This document shows, in pieces, positions 39,641 to 52,057 of a DNA stretch of 64,000 nucleotides; the first letter of the stretch is position 1; the number at the start of each line of letters is the position of its first letter. A program made the translations under genes and the position numbers. The DNA is from Mobula hypostoma (lineage: Eukaryota). The notes beneath the pieces were generated by a model. The model was given only the letters and a program-made list of their open reading frames with translations. It ran no database searches and had not been told where the DNA came from. The DNA is taken from positions 16,740,001 through 16,804,000 of the forward strand of contig NC_086108.1 of NCBI RefSeq assembly GCF_963921235.1. Reading direction: 5' to 3'.

Positions 39641-39699
39641 TCTGGGTCCAATTCATTGATGAAGAAGACATGCCAGTGACTCTACTTAATTAGGTATAT

Positions 39700-40130
39700 A
39701 GTGAGATTTAGTACATCACCAAAGACTCTTGCAAATTTCTACAGATGTACAGTGGAGAGCATTGTGATTGGTTGCATCACCCCCGATATGGAGGTTCTAA
39801 TGTGTAGGATTGAAAGACGTTGCAGAGGATTGTAGACTCAGCCAGTTCCATCACAGCACAACCCTTCCTGCCATCGAGGACATCTTTGCGAGGTGGTGCC
39901 TCAAGAAGGTAGCCTCCATCATTAAGGACTGTTACCATCCAGGATATGCCCTCTTCTCGTTGCTATCATTGGGAAGGATTGAGACCCACTCTCAATATTT
40001 TAGGAACAGCTTTCTCCCCTCCACTACCAGATTTGTGATAGTAACTTTTGACTTGAACTGTAATGCTGCTACAAAACAATAAAATTCATGGCATACTCTA
40101 TGTCAGTGATAATATACCTAATTCTGACGG
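39700..40130 (+). mobile_element. Rex1-like 3' fragment
   Basis: LPAIEDIF..CLKKVASIIKD.YHPG..FRNSFLPST. Confidence 0.75.
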
Positions 40131-40236
40131 TATTTCGTGGAATTCAATTATAGAAGAGACAGACCTGGTTTTGGTTGGGGCAGAGATCACTTTGTAAAGA
40201 AATTGAATTCTGTATAGAACCTGGATCATTCTCGAG

Positions 40237-40316
40237 CAGGGGTTCCCAACCTGGGGTCCATGGACCCCTCGGTTAATGGTAGGGGTGCATGGCATAAAAA
40301 AAGTTGGGAATCCCTG
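40237..40316. mobile_element. 80-bp hAT-type MITE
   Basis: TIRs CAGGGGTTCCCAAC / GTTGGGAATCCCTG. The flanking 8-mers match only partly. Confidence 0.7.
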
Positions 40317-40679
40317 TTCCAGCGAGTCAGAAAGGAATTTCCCATATACCCCTCTTAAATTTTGCCAAAGAATGTAATTGCTTTTTACTCTCTACCAAAA
40401 AATCATCTAATTTTCAGTGATAAATGATACACAATGTTCCACAATATTATGACAGCGGATGGATGCTCCTTACCTACCCATCTAGCTTATATTCTATGGT
40501 TTTTCATAATAATCCTAGCAGTAAACTGATGTAAGGGGAGACATAAACTAGTAAGTTGTAGGGAAATTACAGGAATAAAATACTATTGGTAATTTGCAAT
40601 TATTTCTAATTTTTTGCAGATTACACGAAGACAAAACCACGTTATCCCAAACAGATTTTCTTTCTACATCAAATGTTAC

Positions 40680-40781
40680 CTGAATAGAATGTATTGATTT
40701 TGGCAAGTTCCTTTTCGCAGAACTGGAAGAATTTCTCTTCAAACCTGGCATAATATCTTTTAACGGTATCTTCATCTGTAA
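40680..40781 (-). CDS. XPR1: XPR1 internal coding exon (equivalent to human exon 3), SPX domain
   Basis: Translates (V)[33 protein letters not shown](E), near-identical to vertebrate XPR1. Acceptor ccacAG at 40782-83, donor GTaaca at 40679-78. 102 bp, phase 1-1. Confidence 0.96.
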
Positions 40782-41124
40782 CTGTGGATGTAAATAGAAA
40801 AATATTACTGATATTCCAGGTTAATTTAGATATTTTAGACCTGACTTGTGTAAATATTTGCTTAGATTCAACATGCACCTATAAGCAAAATATAAGCTGT
40901 TGATGAAAGTTGGCTCACATTGTACCTTTTCAACTTTTGTTCAGGTGTAATACAACTGTAATTGTATCATCCTTTTTTACACCAAATCAGATAACATTAC
41001 TTATTACAGTGTTTTCCTTTTGTACCTTCTAATGGGAAACAATCAATATTTGAAGATGGCACAGCTGAGTTATTTTAACTGCTTTACTTCTCATCAAATT
41101 AGAAAAGCTCTATTTAAGTTAGTT

Positions 41125-41220
41125 ATAAAGTCTGCAAATGCTGGAAATCCAAAGCAATGCACACAATCTATTTCTACAGACGTTGCCTGATCTGCTGGGT
41201 TCCTCTGGCATTTTGTGTGT
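41125..41220. mobile_element. Old inverted PLE pLTR mini-insertion
   Basis: Minus-oriented tail (TCTGCAAATGCTGGAAATCC) joined to a plus-oriented pLTR piece ending GCATTTTGTGTGT. Confidence 0.65.
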
Positions 41221-41549
41221 ATTATTTGGGTTAGTGCCCAAATTATTTGCCTAAAATGTTTACTGTGATTCTAAGCACCATGGTCCAATCATATTTCAAT
41301 GAAGAAAACGCTCATCATACGCAGAGATTATTTTTGCAACTACAGTTGTAAAATTAACTGGATTCTCCTATGAGCAGAACTACTTTCTCCATAAAATACC
41401 TCGTCCAGCTTATTCATTATTTGATAGACTTGTCATCTCCAATTTTTCTCTCTAGTGAACTGGTGAAAAGCTGCAAAATGTGGTACACTTTGTCCAGTAT
41501 TTCATTGTTCTTTTAAGAGTAGAGAAGCAAAACTCTCCACAGTGTGCCA

Positions 41550-42060
41550 GGTACATTTGTTCAAGTTTATTGTCATTTGACTATACATATAGATAACCAA
41601 ATGAAACACGGTCCTCTGGACCATGGTGCATCCACAAGACTGTTATGTTTTGTAACTCCAAAAACTAATTGAAAGAAAAACACAAGAGCCAGGAACTTGT
41701 CTTTCAGCCAGGTGCTCACATATGATATGGTGGCATAATGACGTATACCATTCACATACTTTTACATATAAACCGTAATGAATTATGTAAACAACAAAGA
41801 ATGTTTAATCAAACAATTTTTTGTTATATTATTCAAATATTACCAAAATATTAAAAACACCAAACAAACTCACACAGCACATAAAACAAAATATTACAAT
41901 AAATAAATAAAATTTAATTCAAACTACATGTAGTGCGCTGCACAGGCACACAGTACACAGCTCACTGTCCTAGTGAAGAAAGGTGGCAGCGTATTCATTA
42001 GTCTTGTAGCCTGAGGGAAGAAACTGTTATCCAGTCTGGTAGTCCTAATCCTGACGTTAC
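41550..42060 (-). mobile_element. Rex1-like 3' end
   Basis: GCCTGAGGGAAGAAACTGTTATCCAGTCTGG (reverse of RL.NSFFPQA) plus an AT-rich 3' UTR. Confidence 0.55.
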
Positions 42061-42975
42061 ACGGGAACTAGCATATTGTTAGTGGCTTCTCATGCATTGT
42101 TCACTTCCACTTCTAGATTCCTTAACTCATGTACTCCATTTTTATCTGCACCCGAGTTAGTGATATATTATTTTTCCAGCAAGTAAATTTATTGATGCTA
42201 TTCAATTCCACAGTATCCAAAATTTCTATTCCACATTTTCAAACACAAAAATTTTAAAAGAAAAAACAATTAATTAGATCAACTTGCTAAAAAACCACTT
42301 CTATTATATCGAAACTACATTTAGTTCTAGAAACTTTTAATACATTTAAATAAAGAGTGCATCAATGCAACTGCTCTAACCCTCTCTAAAGGAACAAAGC
42401 TAATTGTGCACGTCAAGTCAGTTAACTATTGATTAAAATACTGAGCTTAAAGATATTAGCAAGAGGAACATAAAGCAGTTATCCAAACAGAGTGAGCCAA
42501 TGTGAACATGTAAACTTCTATTTATATCTCAATGGGAATTTTTGCTTATAAATTCTATGCTGTTGTTCTTGACACTGTAAATTGTTCCCATTGTGTTGGT
42601 ATGTGGTAACATCTGGTGAGGGACGGGGTGGAGGTGGGGGAACTGATGTGAATGTGGGGAGAATAAAAAATGGTGTGGTTGTAAATGGGTGTTTACTGGT
42701 TAGATCTAACTCTAACCCTATGGCAAAGGGTTGTTTCTGTGGTCATGTAGAAAGTTTTTGACACACTGGCCTTCAGGCTATTGAGTACAGAAGTCAGGAT
42801 GTTACATGTTGTTGACTATATCAAAGGGGGGTGATGAATCAGTGTACAAGAGGGACAGAGGGAGAAAAAGGAGAGAGAGAAAAAAAATTAATAATGATAA
42901 ATAAATAAATAACATCTGGGGTAGGAAGGGGAGGTGGGGCATTAACGGAAGTTAGAGAAGTCAATGTTCATACTA

Positions 42976-43140
42976 TCAGGCCCTTTTCCTTTTTTTTGTT
43001 ATTTTGAAACTGTAAAAGATGGAAATAAAAAAGTAATCTTGCTTAAAATATTAAAGAAATGTGTCATCTTTAACTTTATGCCTTTTGGAAATCAGGTCAT
43101 CTTTTACTCGTTTAGCTATTCACAGTAACAGAAATTTTGA
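42976..43140 (+). mobile_element. Tc1 right-TIR fragment of the 16550-18035 family
   Basis: Near-identical to 17842-18004. Confidence 0.85.
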
Positions 43141-43444
43141 GCGATATGTAACTACATCGATATGTTGGGACCAGGTTAGATCCTCAGAGATCTTGACACC
43201 CAGGAATTTGAAACTGCTCACTCTCTCCATTTCTGATCCTTCTACGAGGATTGGTGGTAAGACAGGCAACAAAGCAGCAATGTGGCTTCCATTGCAGCGA
43301 GGACCAGGCCTCAAGCTACGGGCTTGCCTGGCTGCTGCCGTCCAGGTGATAAGACACTGGTGACAGTGTAGTGTGGCACCATACTTGGTTGGGAGCTGGC
43401 ATCTTCCATCAGTGCTGCCCTCTAGTGTTTGAAGAAATGAAGAA

Positions 43445-44200
43445 GAATGGAAAAGGTAAACTATTTTCAAAATGGAGCGAAAATACAAAATCTGAGGTGC
43501 AAAGAGATTTGGGAGTCCTTGTGCAGGATTCCCTAATGTTAGTTTGTAGGTTGTGTCTGTGGTAAGGAAGGCCAATGTGATGTTAGCATTCATTTCACGA
43601 TGACTAGAATATAAAAGCAAGGATTTAATGATGAGACTTTATAAAGCACTGGTGAGACCTCACTTAGAGTATTGTGAGCAGTTTTGGGTTCCTTATCTTA
43701 GAAAGGATGTGCTGAAACTGGAAAGGGTTCAAAGGAGGTTCACAAAATTGATTCTAGGATTGAACGGTTTGTCATATGAAGAGCATTTGATGGTTCTGGG
43801 TCTGTATTCACTAGAATCCCTAAGAATGAGGAGTGACCTAATTAAAACTTATTGAATAGTGAAAGGCTTGATAGAGTGGATGTGGAGAGGATGTTTCCTA
43901 TAGTAGGAGAGTCTAAGACTAGAGGACACAGCCTCAGAAGAGAGGGGTGTCCTATTAAAACAGAGATGAGGAGGAATTTCTTTAGCAAAAGGGTGGTGAA
44001 TCTCTTGAATACATTGCCATAGGCAGCTGTGGAGGCCAATTCTTTATGTATATTTAAGGCAGAGGTTGATAGATTCTTGATTGGTCAGGGCATGAAGGGA
44101 TTGGGACTGAGAGGAAAAATGGATCAGCCATGATGAAATGCTGGAGCAGAATTGATGGGTCAAATGACAATTCTGCTCCTATATCTTATGGTTTTATGGT
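43445..44200 (+). mobile_element. CR1 3' fragment
   Basis: EVQRDLGVLV and LYKALVRPHLEYCEQFW, with a tail TCTTATGGTTTTATGG. Confidence 0.88.
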
Positions 44201-44671
44201 GATGGAGAGAGAACTATCCAGAAAGGGAAGAGTTGGATATGTGAGAGCAAAGTGAAAGTTAGCTGCAAAATTAACGATGTTTTCTGAGTTCTGTACCAAA
44301 GCAGAAAATAGCATTGATGTAGAAGTTAATTTGTATTGGAAAACAATTGGGGAGTGGACCTGAGTAGGACTGAAACTAAATCTATGTCACATATCTCACA
44401 AAACAACAAAGGTAGCTCAGGCCCATGTAGGTGCTTTATCGTTGATCTGCAGAAGTTGTTCAATGTGAGAACAAGTTCAGCTAGGTAAATGTCTATGCTG
44501 TTATAGAGGTACAGGTTTGGCCTTTAATGGAAGAAGAAGCTGATGGCTCTCAGACTGTCCTGAAGTGAGATGGACAGTAAGTCATTTTCTATTTTCCTAC
44601 TTTTATTGGGGACAGACAATATACACAGCCTTCATGCATATAAAAACAAAATAAAAACATACTGAGTAACA

Positions 44672-44812
44672 CTTGGGTGGCACAGTAGTGTAAGTGGTTT
44701 GTGTAACGCGATTGCTGATAGTGAACTCATGGTTTCTTTCAAGTGCTCTGGTTTCCTCCTACATTCCAGAGACGTAAATTGTACAGCAGATGTACACTGG
44801 GCTGGAAGGGCC
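44672..44812 (+). mobile_element. V-SINE/HE1-like fragment
   Basis: GGTGGCACAGTAGTG head and GGTTTC..AAGTGCTCTGGTTTCCTCCTACATTCC core. Confidence 0.5.
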
Positions 44813-45415
44813 AATTTTTTTAGTATATAAAGAACAACACAACCAAAAGGAACATCCAGCAGACAGTTCACAAAATTTCCTTTTTTTACTTCTTTCAAAA
44901 TGATCCGACTGCTAGAGTGTGTGCAATTGGAACCTGCGATTTACATATTGATGCTGTTCTGGGGCTGATTGAGCAACCTGGTGCTTTACTGTCTCTGCCG
45001 GAGTTTGGTGAGGTTTGATGCAGAGCGTGCGACTTGGAAGCCTGGAAGCGGGGTGCGAGCCTGTGATTGTTTTCATTGTTTCTCTTTGATTGATCCATCA
45101 AGGGCATGAGTCCATGATTGCCTCCATTTCTTCTTTTTGCTTGAGGTGTCAAGCAAGGTTGAAATTGACAAAGACGAGACCAGAGAACAGGCAAGTGTTC
45201 ATCGCCACCTGCCTGCATTTGACCAGTCTTCCTCTCCTTCGTGCTAGCTACTATCAGAGGAAAGTGCAGGAGTCTTGGGATCTATGTCAGTAGGATTAAT
45301 TGGCGAGGCTGTGGACTCATTTTGGGGCACTTAGGGGTCAATGTTGGATGTGTTCTTAGATTCTGGTTACTTTTTTTTTGCTGTTTTTGAGGAGTTTTTT
45401 GCTGTTTTTGAGACA

Positions 45416-45610
45416 TCTTCTCCTATCATTTTGGATCTCCCCCTCCCACTTTCAAATCTCTTACTGGCTCTTCCTTCAGTTAGTCCTGACGAAGGGTCTC
45501 GGCCCGAAACATCGACTGTACCTCCTCCTAGAGATGTTGCCTGGCCTGCTGCGTTCACCAGCAACTTTGATGTGTGTTGCTTGAATTTCCAGCAACTACA
45601 GAATTCCTCA
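45416..45610 (+). mobile_element. PLE pLTR fragment containing a hammerhead (45482-45517)
   Basis: AGTCCTGACGAAGGGTCTCGGCCCGAAACATCGACT. A G>A change breaks the ACGU palindrome. Confidence 0.85.
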
Positions 45611-46311
45611 TGATGCAGACTGGGGTGCTTTGGTGAAGAATGGCCCTGTGACCAGATTAGCTAACAGCAGTGTGCTGAACTGAACCAAACTTAATACTAC
45701 TGAACTCTTGGTCTGATGTTGGATATTGTATGTGTTGTTCACTCTATTTTTGCTGTTTGTGCAATTCGTTCTTTTTTCATGCATTGGGTGTTTGGTGACT
45801 TCTTAATCTGGTTCCAAGATATTTCTTTGCTTCATGTCTGTCTGGGGAGGATGAATCTCCAAGTTGTATTCTGTATGCATCATAGACAATAAATATACTT
45901 TGAATCTCTGAAGGGCTTGTTACCGTACTGTATCTGTAATAAAATAAATTGAATACTTTCTAGAATATTTCCACAGATTAAATCATGATTCCCAGAAAGT
46001 GAAAAAACAAATATGACCCACCAAGTTCTGTTACCATTTTCTGAGTTACAGGATTAAGCAGTTTCAGAATTTAAAAACAGCAAAATTTACACTGGATGAC
46101 ATTTCTGCTTCAGATGAAAGTTAAAGATCCAGTATCCAGTTGCACAATTTTGAGACACAACACAGCAGTTTTTCCATTCTAGTGGCCTGAATTTACCCAC
46201 CAAACATTAACACAAACAACAGGAATTCTGCAGATGCTGGAAATTCAAGCAACATACATCAAAGTTGCTGGTGAACGCAGCAGGCCAAGCAGCATCTATA
46301 GGAAGAGGCGC

Positions 46312-46347
46312 AGTCGACATTTCAGGCCGAGACCCTTCGTCAGGACT
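46312..46347 (-). ncRNA. Hammerhead motif, GAAAUGUC variant
   Basis: AGUCCUGACGAAGGGUCUCGGCCUGAAAUGUCGACU on the minus strand. Confidence 0.75.
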
Positions 46348-48445
46348 AACTGAAGGAAGAGTGAGTAAGGGATTTGAGTAAGGGCATACTGACCTCTACC
46401 TTGCTGAGGCGCAGCGACAACTCGCGGATACCTCCTCTTATTTACCCCTCGATCGTGACCCCACTAAGGAGCACCAGGCCATTGTCTCCCACACCATCAC
46501 CGACTTTATCCGCTCAGGGGATCTCCCATCCACTGCTACCAACCTTATAGTTCCCACACCCCGCACTTCCCGTTTCTACCTCCTACCCAAGATCCACAAA
46601 CCTGCCTGTCCTGGCCGACCTATTGTCTCAGCTTGCTCCTGCCCCACCGAACTCGTTTTTCTGCATACCTCGACACTGTTTTATCACCCCTTGTTCAATC
46701 CCTTCCGACCTATGTCGTGACACTTCTCACGCTCTTAAACTTTTCGATGATTTTAAGTTCCCTGGCCCCCACCGCTTTATTTTCACCATGGATGTCCAGT
46801 CCTTATATACTTCCATCCCCCATCAGGAAGGTCTCAAAGCTCTACGCTTCTTTTTGGATTCCAGACCTAATCAGTTCCCCTCTACCACCACTCTGCTCCG
46901 TCTAGCGGAATTAGTCCTTACTCTTAATAATTTCTCCTTTTGCTCCTCCCATTTCCTCCAAACTAAAGGTGTAGCTATGGGCACCCGTATGGGTCCTAGC
47001 TATGCCTGCCTTTTTGTTGGGTTTGTGGAACAATCTATGTTCCGTGCCTATTCTGGTATCTGTCCCCCACTTTTCCTTCGCTACATCGACGACTGCATTG
47101 GCGCTGATTCCTGCACGCATGCAGAACTCGTTGACTTTATTAACTTTGCCTCCAACTTTCACCCTGCCCTCAAGTTTACCTGGTCCATTTCCGACACCTC
47201 CCTCCCCTTTCTAGATCTTTCTGTCTCTGTCTCTGGAGACAGCTTATCCACTGATGTCTACTATAAGCCTACTGACTCTCACAGCTATCTGGACTATTCC
47301 TCTTCTCACCCTGTCTCTTGCAAAAACGCCATCCCCTTCTCGCAATTCCTCCATCTCCGCCGCATCTGCTCTCAGGATGAGGCTTTTCATTCTAGGACGA
47401 GGGAGATGTCTTCATTTTTTAAAGAAAGGGGCTTCCCTTCCTCCACTATCAACTCTGCTCTTAAACGCATCTCCTCCATTTCACGTACATCTGCTCTCAC
47501 TCCATCCTCCCACCACCCCACTAGGAATAGGGTTCCCCTGGTCCTCACCTACCACCCCACCAGCCTCCGGGTCCAACATATTATTCTCCGTAACTTCCGC
47601 CACCTCCAACGGGATCCCACCACTAAGCACATCTTTCCCTCCCCCCTCTCTCTGCATTCCGCAGGGATCGCTCCCTACACAACTCCCTTGTCCATTCGTC
47701 CCCCCCATCCCTCCCCACTGATCTCCCTCCTGGCACTTATCCGTGTAAGCGGAACAAGTGCTACACATGCCCTTACACTTCCTCCCTTACCACCATTCAG
47801 GGCCCCAAACAGTCCTTCCAGGTGAGGCATCACTTCACCTGTGAGTCGACTGGGGTGATATACTGCGTCCGGTGCTCCCGATGTGGCCTTTTATATATTG
47901 GTGAGACCCGACGCAGACTGGGAGACCGCTTTGCTGAACATCTACGCTCTGTCCGCCAGAGAAAGCAGGATCTCCCAGTGGCCACACATTTTAATTCCAC
48001 ATCCCATTCCCATTCTGACATGTCTATCCACGGCCTCCTCTACTGTAAAGATGAAGCCACACTCAGGTTGGAGGAACAACACCTTATATTCCGTCTGGGT
48101 AGCCTCCAACCTGATGGCATGAACATCGACTTCTCTAACTTCCGCTAAGGCCCCACCTCCCCCTCGTACCCCATTTGTTACTCATTTTTTATGCACACAT
48201 TCTTTCTCTCACTCTCCTTTTTCTCCCTCTGTCCCTCTGAATATACCTCTTGCCCATCCTCTGGGTCACCCCCCCTCCTTGTCTTTCTTCCCGGACCTCC
48301 TGTCTCATGATCCTCTCGTATCCCCTTTTGCCTATCACCTGTCCAGGTCTCAGCTCTATCCCTCCCCCTCCTGTCTTCTCCTATCATTTTGCATCTCCCC
48401 CTCCCCCTCCAGCTTTCAAATCCCTTACTCACTCTTCCTTCAGTT

Positions 48446-48481
48446 AGTCCTGACGAAGGGTCTCGGCCTGAAATGTCGACT
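48446..48481 (+). ncRNA. Hammerhead motif, GAAAUGUC variant
   Basis: Identical to the inverted copy at 46312-46347. Confidence 0.75.
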
Positions 48482-49519
48482 GCGCCTCTTCCTATAGATG
48501 CTGCTTGGCCTGCTGCGTTCACCAGCAACTTTGATGTATTAACACAAACAGATTATTTGGTGTAGTGCTTCCTAAATTACAACTATGACTACACTTCAAT
48601 TGCACTTTACTGGTGTTAAAATACTCTGGCATTCTTCTAGGTCATAAAAGGAATAACACAAATCCAAATTGCTGATTTTTATACTGAGCACAAAGGAAGC
48701 CAGAGAAGCGGCTGTTTCTAAGCAAATGTTCAGCACTTGCCTCCATACTGATTCAGTACTGTAAACATCACCATCAGTCTTGTTCACTTCATGAAATGAA
48801 ATCAATTCTTCAAGATAGGTACTAACTGGCATCTTATCCCCTTATATTAATAATTCAGGAAGGTGTTATGATTCGTTGTTTTAGTTTAAAGAGAAGGCGG
48901 AGGATTGTGCAAAATGCATGCTAATTGCTGAAGACGTGAACATTGTTGGTACAGAATATCTATTCTACATCCATTAATTTCAATTGGTAATTCAATGTGT
49001 GAACAGCACGGAGAATTTACAATGTGATATGTACTCTATCATTTAAATGCATGTATTACAACATACTGTCTAATTAACCTAAGTGGCTGATAACCTGCAC
49101 CAGCACATTGGTAATCTTTGCTAGAATTCACAAAGCTGTGCTTTAGAAAATAGAGTACATAGTTACAAAGACGGAATGATTTGAACTTTTAACCTTGAGT
49201 TAGGTCTCAGTCAGGGTGGCAACTGTGTGATTCTTTAAAAATTGATTTATTGGTTATTAGGAGAAAAGTAAACAAATTTCTCCAATCACCAACCAATGAC
49301 CTTTGGTGAAAGGATAACATGAAGAATGACAACAAAAAGATAGCATATTGAAATTATATTCTAGCATAGTTTGGAAAGCACAAAATCAATAACTGTTCTA
49401 AAACACATTAATATCCAAGTGCACATTCGTAATCTGACTTCCCAGAGCAGTCTTGCACATTTAAATCATTCCTTCTCTCCTTTAGGAAGAGCCTGCCAAA
49501 GCAGTGATTAGGAAGTAAA

Positions 49520-49724
49520 TCATGAACACAAGAAAATATGCAAATGATAGAAATCCAAAGCAACACACACAAAATGCTGGAGGAACTCAGCAGGTCAGGC
49601 AGCATCTATGGAAATGAACCAACGGTCGACCTTCCAGGCCGAGGCCCTTCTTCAGAACTGGAAAGTAAGAGGAAAGATGCCAGAATAAAAAGATGGGGAA
49701 GGGGAAGGGGAAGAGGGAGTATGT
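49520..49724 (-). mobile_element. Old solo PLE pLTR
   Basis: Decayed hammerhead (TTCTGAAGAAGGGCCTCGGCCTGGAAGGTCGAC on minus). TSD TGATTAGGAAGTAAA at 49505-19 and 49725-39. Confidence 0.8.
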
Positions 49725-50282
49725 TGATTAGGAAGTAAACAAGTTTTGTTACAAAAAAATAGTACAGCACAGGAACAGGCCTTTGGTTCATAATGTCTGT
49801 ATCGAATAAATTTTAGTAAAATATCATGAATTATTACATCACAGTAAGAAACCATTCATTCTATTGATCAATGCAGCAATTGGAACCTTTTCTCTTTCAA
49901 ATACATACTTTTAAAAGAAATTAAGTATTTTAGAACTTAGAAACAATGATAGCTTGACAATGATAAAAATTTATATGAACAATATGAAACTATTTGTTTG
50001 TTAAAACTCTACACTGATTCAGAAGGTCATAGGCTCAAGTTCTGCATGACAACCTTACCTGTGCTCCAACAGGGAAAATGAAAAGCAAAAAAAAACATTT
50101 TCAAAGTTCTGAACTCAGACGTTTCAAATACCGTTCAGTTTTACTAGCTCTGGCAGAAGTGATGTTTTGCGTTTGAAATGAAATTACATTCTCCATCATT
50201 TTAAAATAAATATACCATTGTGCAGTATGCTTGTAAAACTAGCAGTCAATTTACAAAGAGCAAACTAAAATGAGATAAAGTA

Positions 50283-51610
50283 CAGGTTTCTCCCACTATC
50301 TGAAGGTAGAGCGTTCCTATGGAACAGTTCGTAAGCCGGAATGTCGTAAAGTGAATAAGCAATTACCATTTATTAATATGGGAAAAATTTTTGAGCGTTC
50401 CCAGACACAAAAAATAACCTACAAAATCATGCCAAATAACACATAAAACCTAAAATAACAGTAACATATAGTAAAAGCAAGAATAATATGATAAATACAC
50501 AGCCTATATAAAGTAGAAATACTTTTCTGCAGCGCTGACTAGCACAGCGAAAATCTTGAGGAAGCGCTCTCAGCAGAAACACTCTCTCCAGTGACCTTTA
50601 AGCTATGAAGCTGCCAAATCATACCAAATAACACATAAAAATACACAGCCTATATAAAATAGAAATAATGTATGTACAGTGTAGTTTCACTTACTGGAAT
50701 TGGGAAGACTCCAATAAATTGTAGTTTCATCACATTTAAACACTTGCTTATATGAATAACCACCTGATGCAATCGGCAATCACCTCTGATCTGGGCCAAC
50801 ATTTACGTGCCAGGCGGCACCTAATTAATTAGCTTGTTTATTTCGGCTTTTTTCTTAAAGATGTGCTGGGTGCATTCCGACTACCGCTGCACCACTGCAT
50901 TCTTCACGGCAATGTATCGGTCCGCGGCCCTGAGGTTGGGGACCACTGCTCAAACTATGAAGCTGCCCTCGCCTCCGAAACCGATCAAACCACCCATGAC
51001 GCAACACTTTCATCACCATCGTTCAGTACCTTCTGTGTCAGCTTATTAAAAAGACTGACTGATTTCTCCTTAAGTATAAGAAAACTTAACGGAACACCAC
51101 GCTTTGCACACCCATCAATCCACTCAAGCAATGGACTTTCCATTTTATCTATTATTGGATGCCGACTGAGACCACTTTGCTATGAGCAGAACCAACAGTA
51201 ACATTGGCAGCTTTCAAAATTCTTTCTCTCTGTGCATAAATAGTGCGAATTGTGGACGCAGGCAAGCTCAATGCATGGACAATGTCCTTACTTCATTCAC
51301 CATGATTGAAACACTTAATTATGTCTAGTTTTACGCTAAGTGTAACACCCTTACGAGCTCTTTTAGGCTTTTCCGATACCTTAGAACTCATCTTGCTAAC
51401 GGATGCACAAAATAAATTGAGATAAAGCACGTGTTTAATCAATGACGGCTACAGTGCAGTTCCGGGCGAGGAGCCTGGCTGTTCGGGCGTGCGCTGCCTT
51501 TTCTCGTAACAGTGAAAACACCTTCTGTTAGCGAAAACAGGTAACTAATGTAGGTCTTTTCTAACAGCGAGGTGTCATAAAGCAAACGTTCGGAAAACGT
51601 GGGCCACCTG
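50283..51610 (-). mobile_element. Non-autonomous pogo/Tigger-like element with N-terminal HTH remnant
   Basis: TA|CAGGT...ACCTG|TA ends. Minus frame from ATG 51391: MSSKVSEKPKRARKGVTLSVKLDIIKCFNHGE*SKDIVHALSLPASTIRTIYAQRERIL (CENP-B/psq-type HTH). Confidence 0.8.
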
Positions 51611-51859
51611 TACTAAGACAATCAAGAATGCCTCACTGAATGAGAAGATCGCGGGTGCACCCATCTGAATATGTTTCTATATATAATCTCAGTTGTCACT
51701 TTAAGACAGGCAGACTTAAATTTATGTTAACAGCTTTCATAATATCAAGACACTCCAAACGCATTTTAAAGAACAAAAAGGTATTTAACAAACGTATCAA
51801 ATGAAACATGGCAGCCAATTTGAGCAAAGCAGGCCGTGTCAGAAAAGAGATTTATATTA

Positions 51860-52057
51860 AACACAAGAGATTCTGCAGATCCTGGAAATCCAAAGCAACA
51901 TGCACAAGAGTCTGGAGGAACTCAGGTCAGGCAGCATATATGGAAAAAGAGTAAAAAGTCGCCTTTTAGTTTGAGTCCAGAAGGGTCCGAAATGTTGACT
52001 GTTTATTCTTTTCCATGGATGCTGCCTGACCTGCTGAGTTCCTCCAGCACTTGTGTG
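51860..52057. mobile_element. Old inverted PLE pLTR mini-insertion
   Basis: Minus arm with full tail, junction in a decayed hammerhead (about 51955-52000), plus arm ending CCAGCACTTGTGTG. Confidence 0.75.

Larger units (their letters stand above)
46219..48537 (+). mobile_element. Penelope-like element with inverted pLTR at its 5' side (46219-~46378 minus)
   Basis: Near-identical to 23783-26086. RT ORF 46623-47825 and GIY-YIG 47822-48148 (frameshifted). TSD ATTAACACAAACA at 46206-18 and 48538-50. Confidence 0.96.

Noticed and set aside
44900..45915. Repeat-like segment ending in AATAAA..TTTGAATCTCTGAA, similar in style to about 58855-59540 on the minus strand
   Set aside because: Probably a non-autonomous retroposon, but family and boundaries cannot be supported without a library search.
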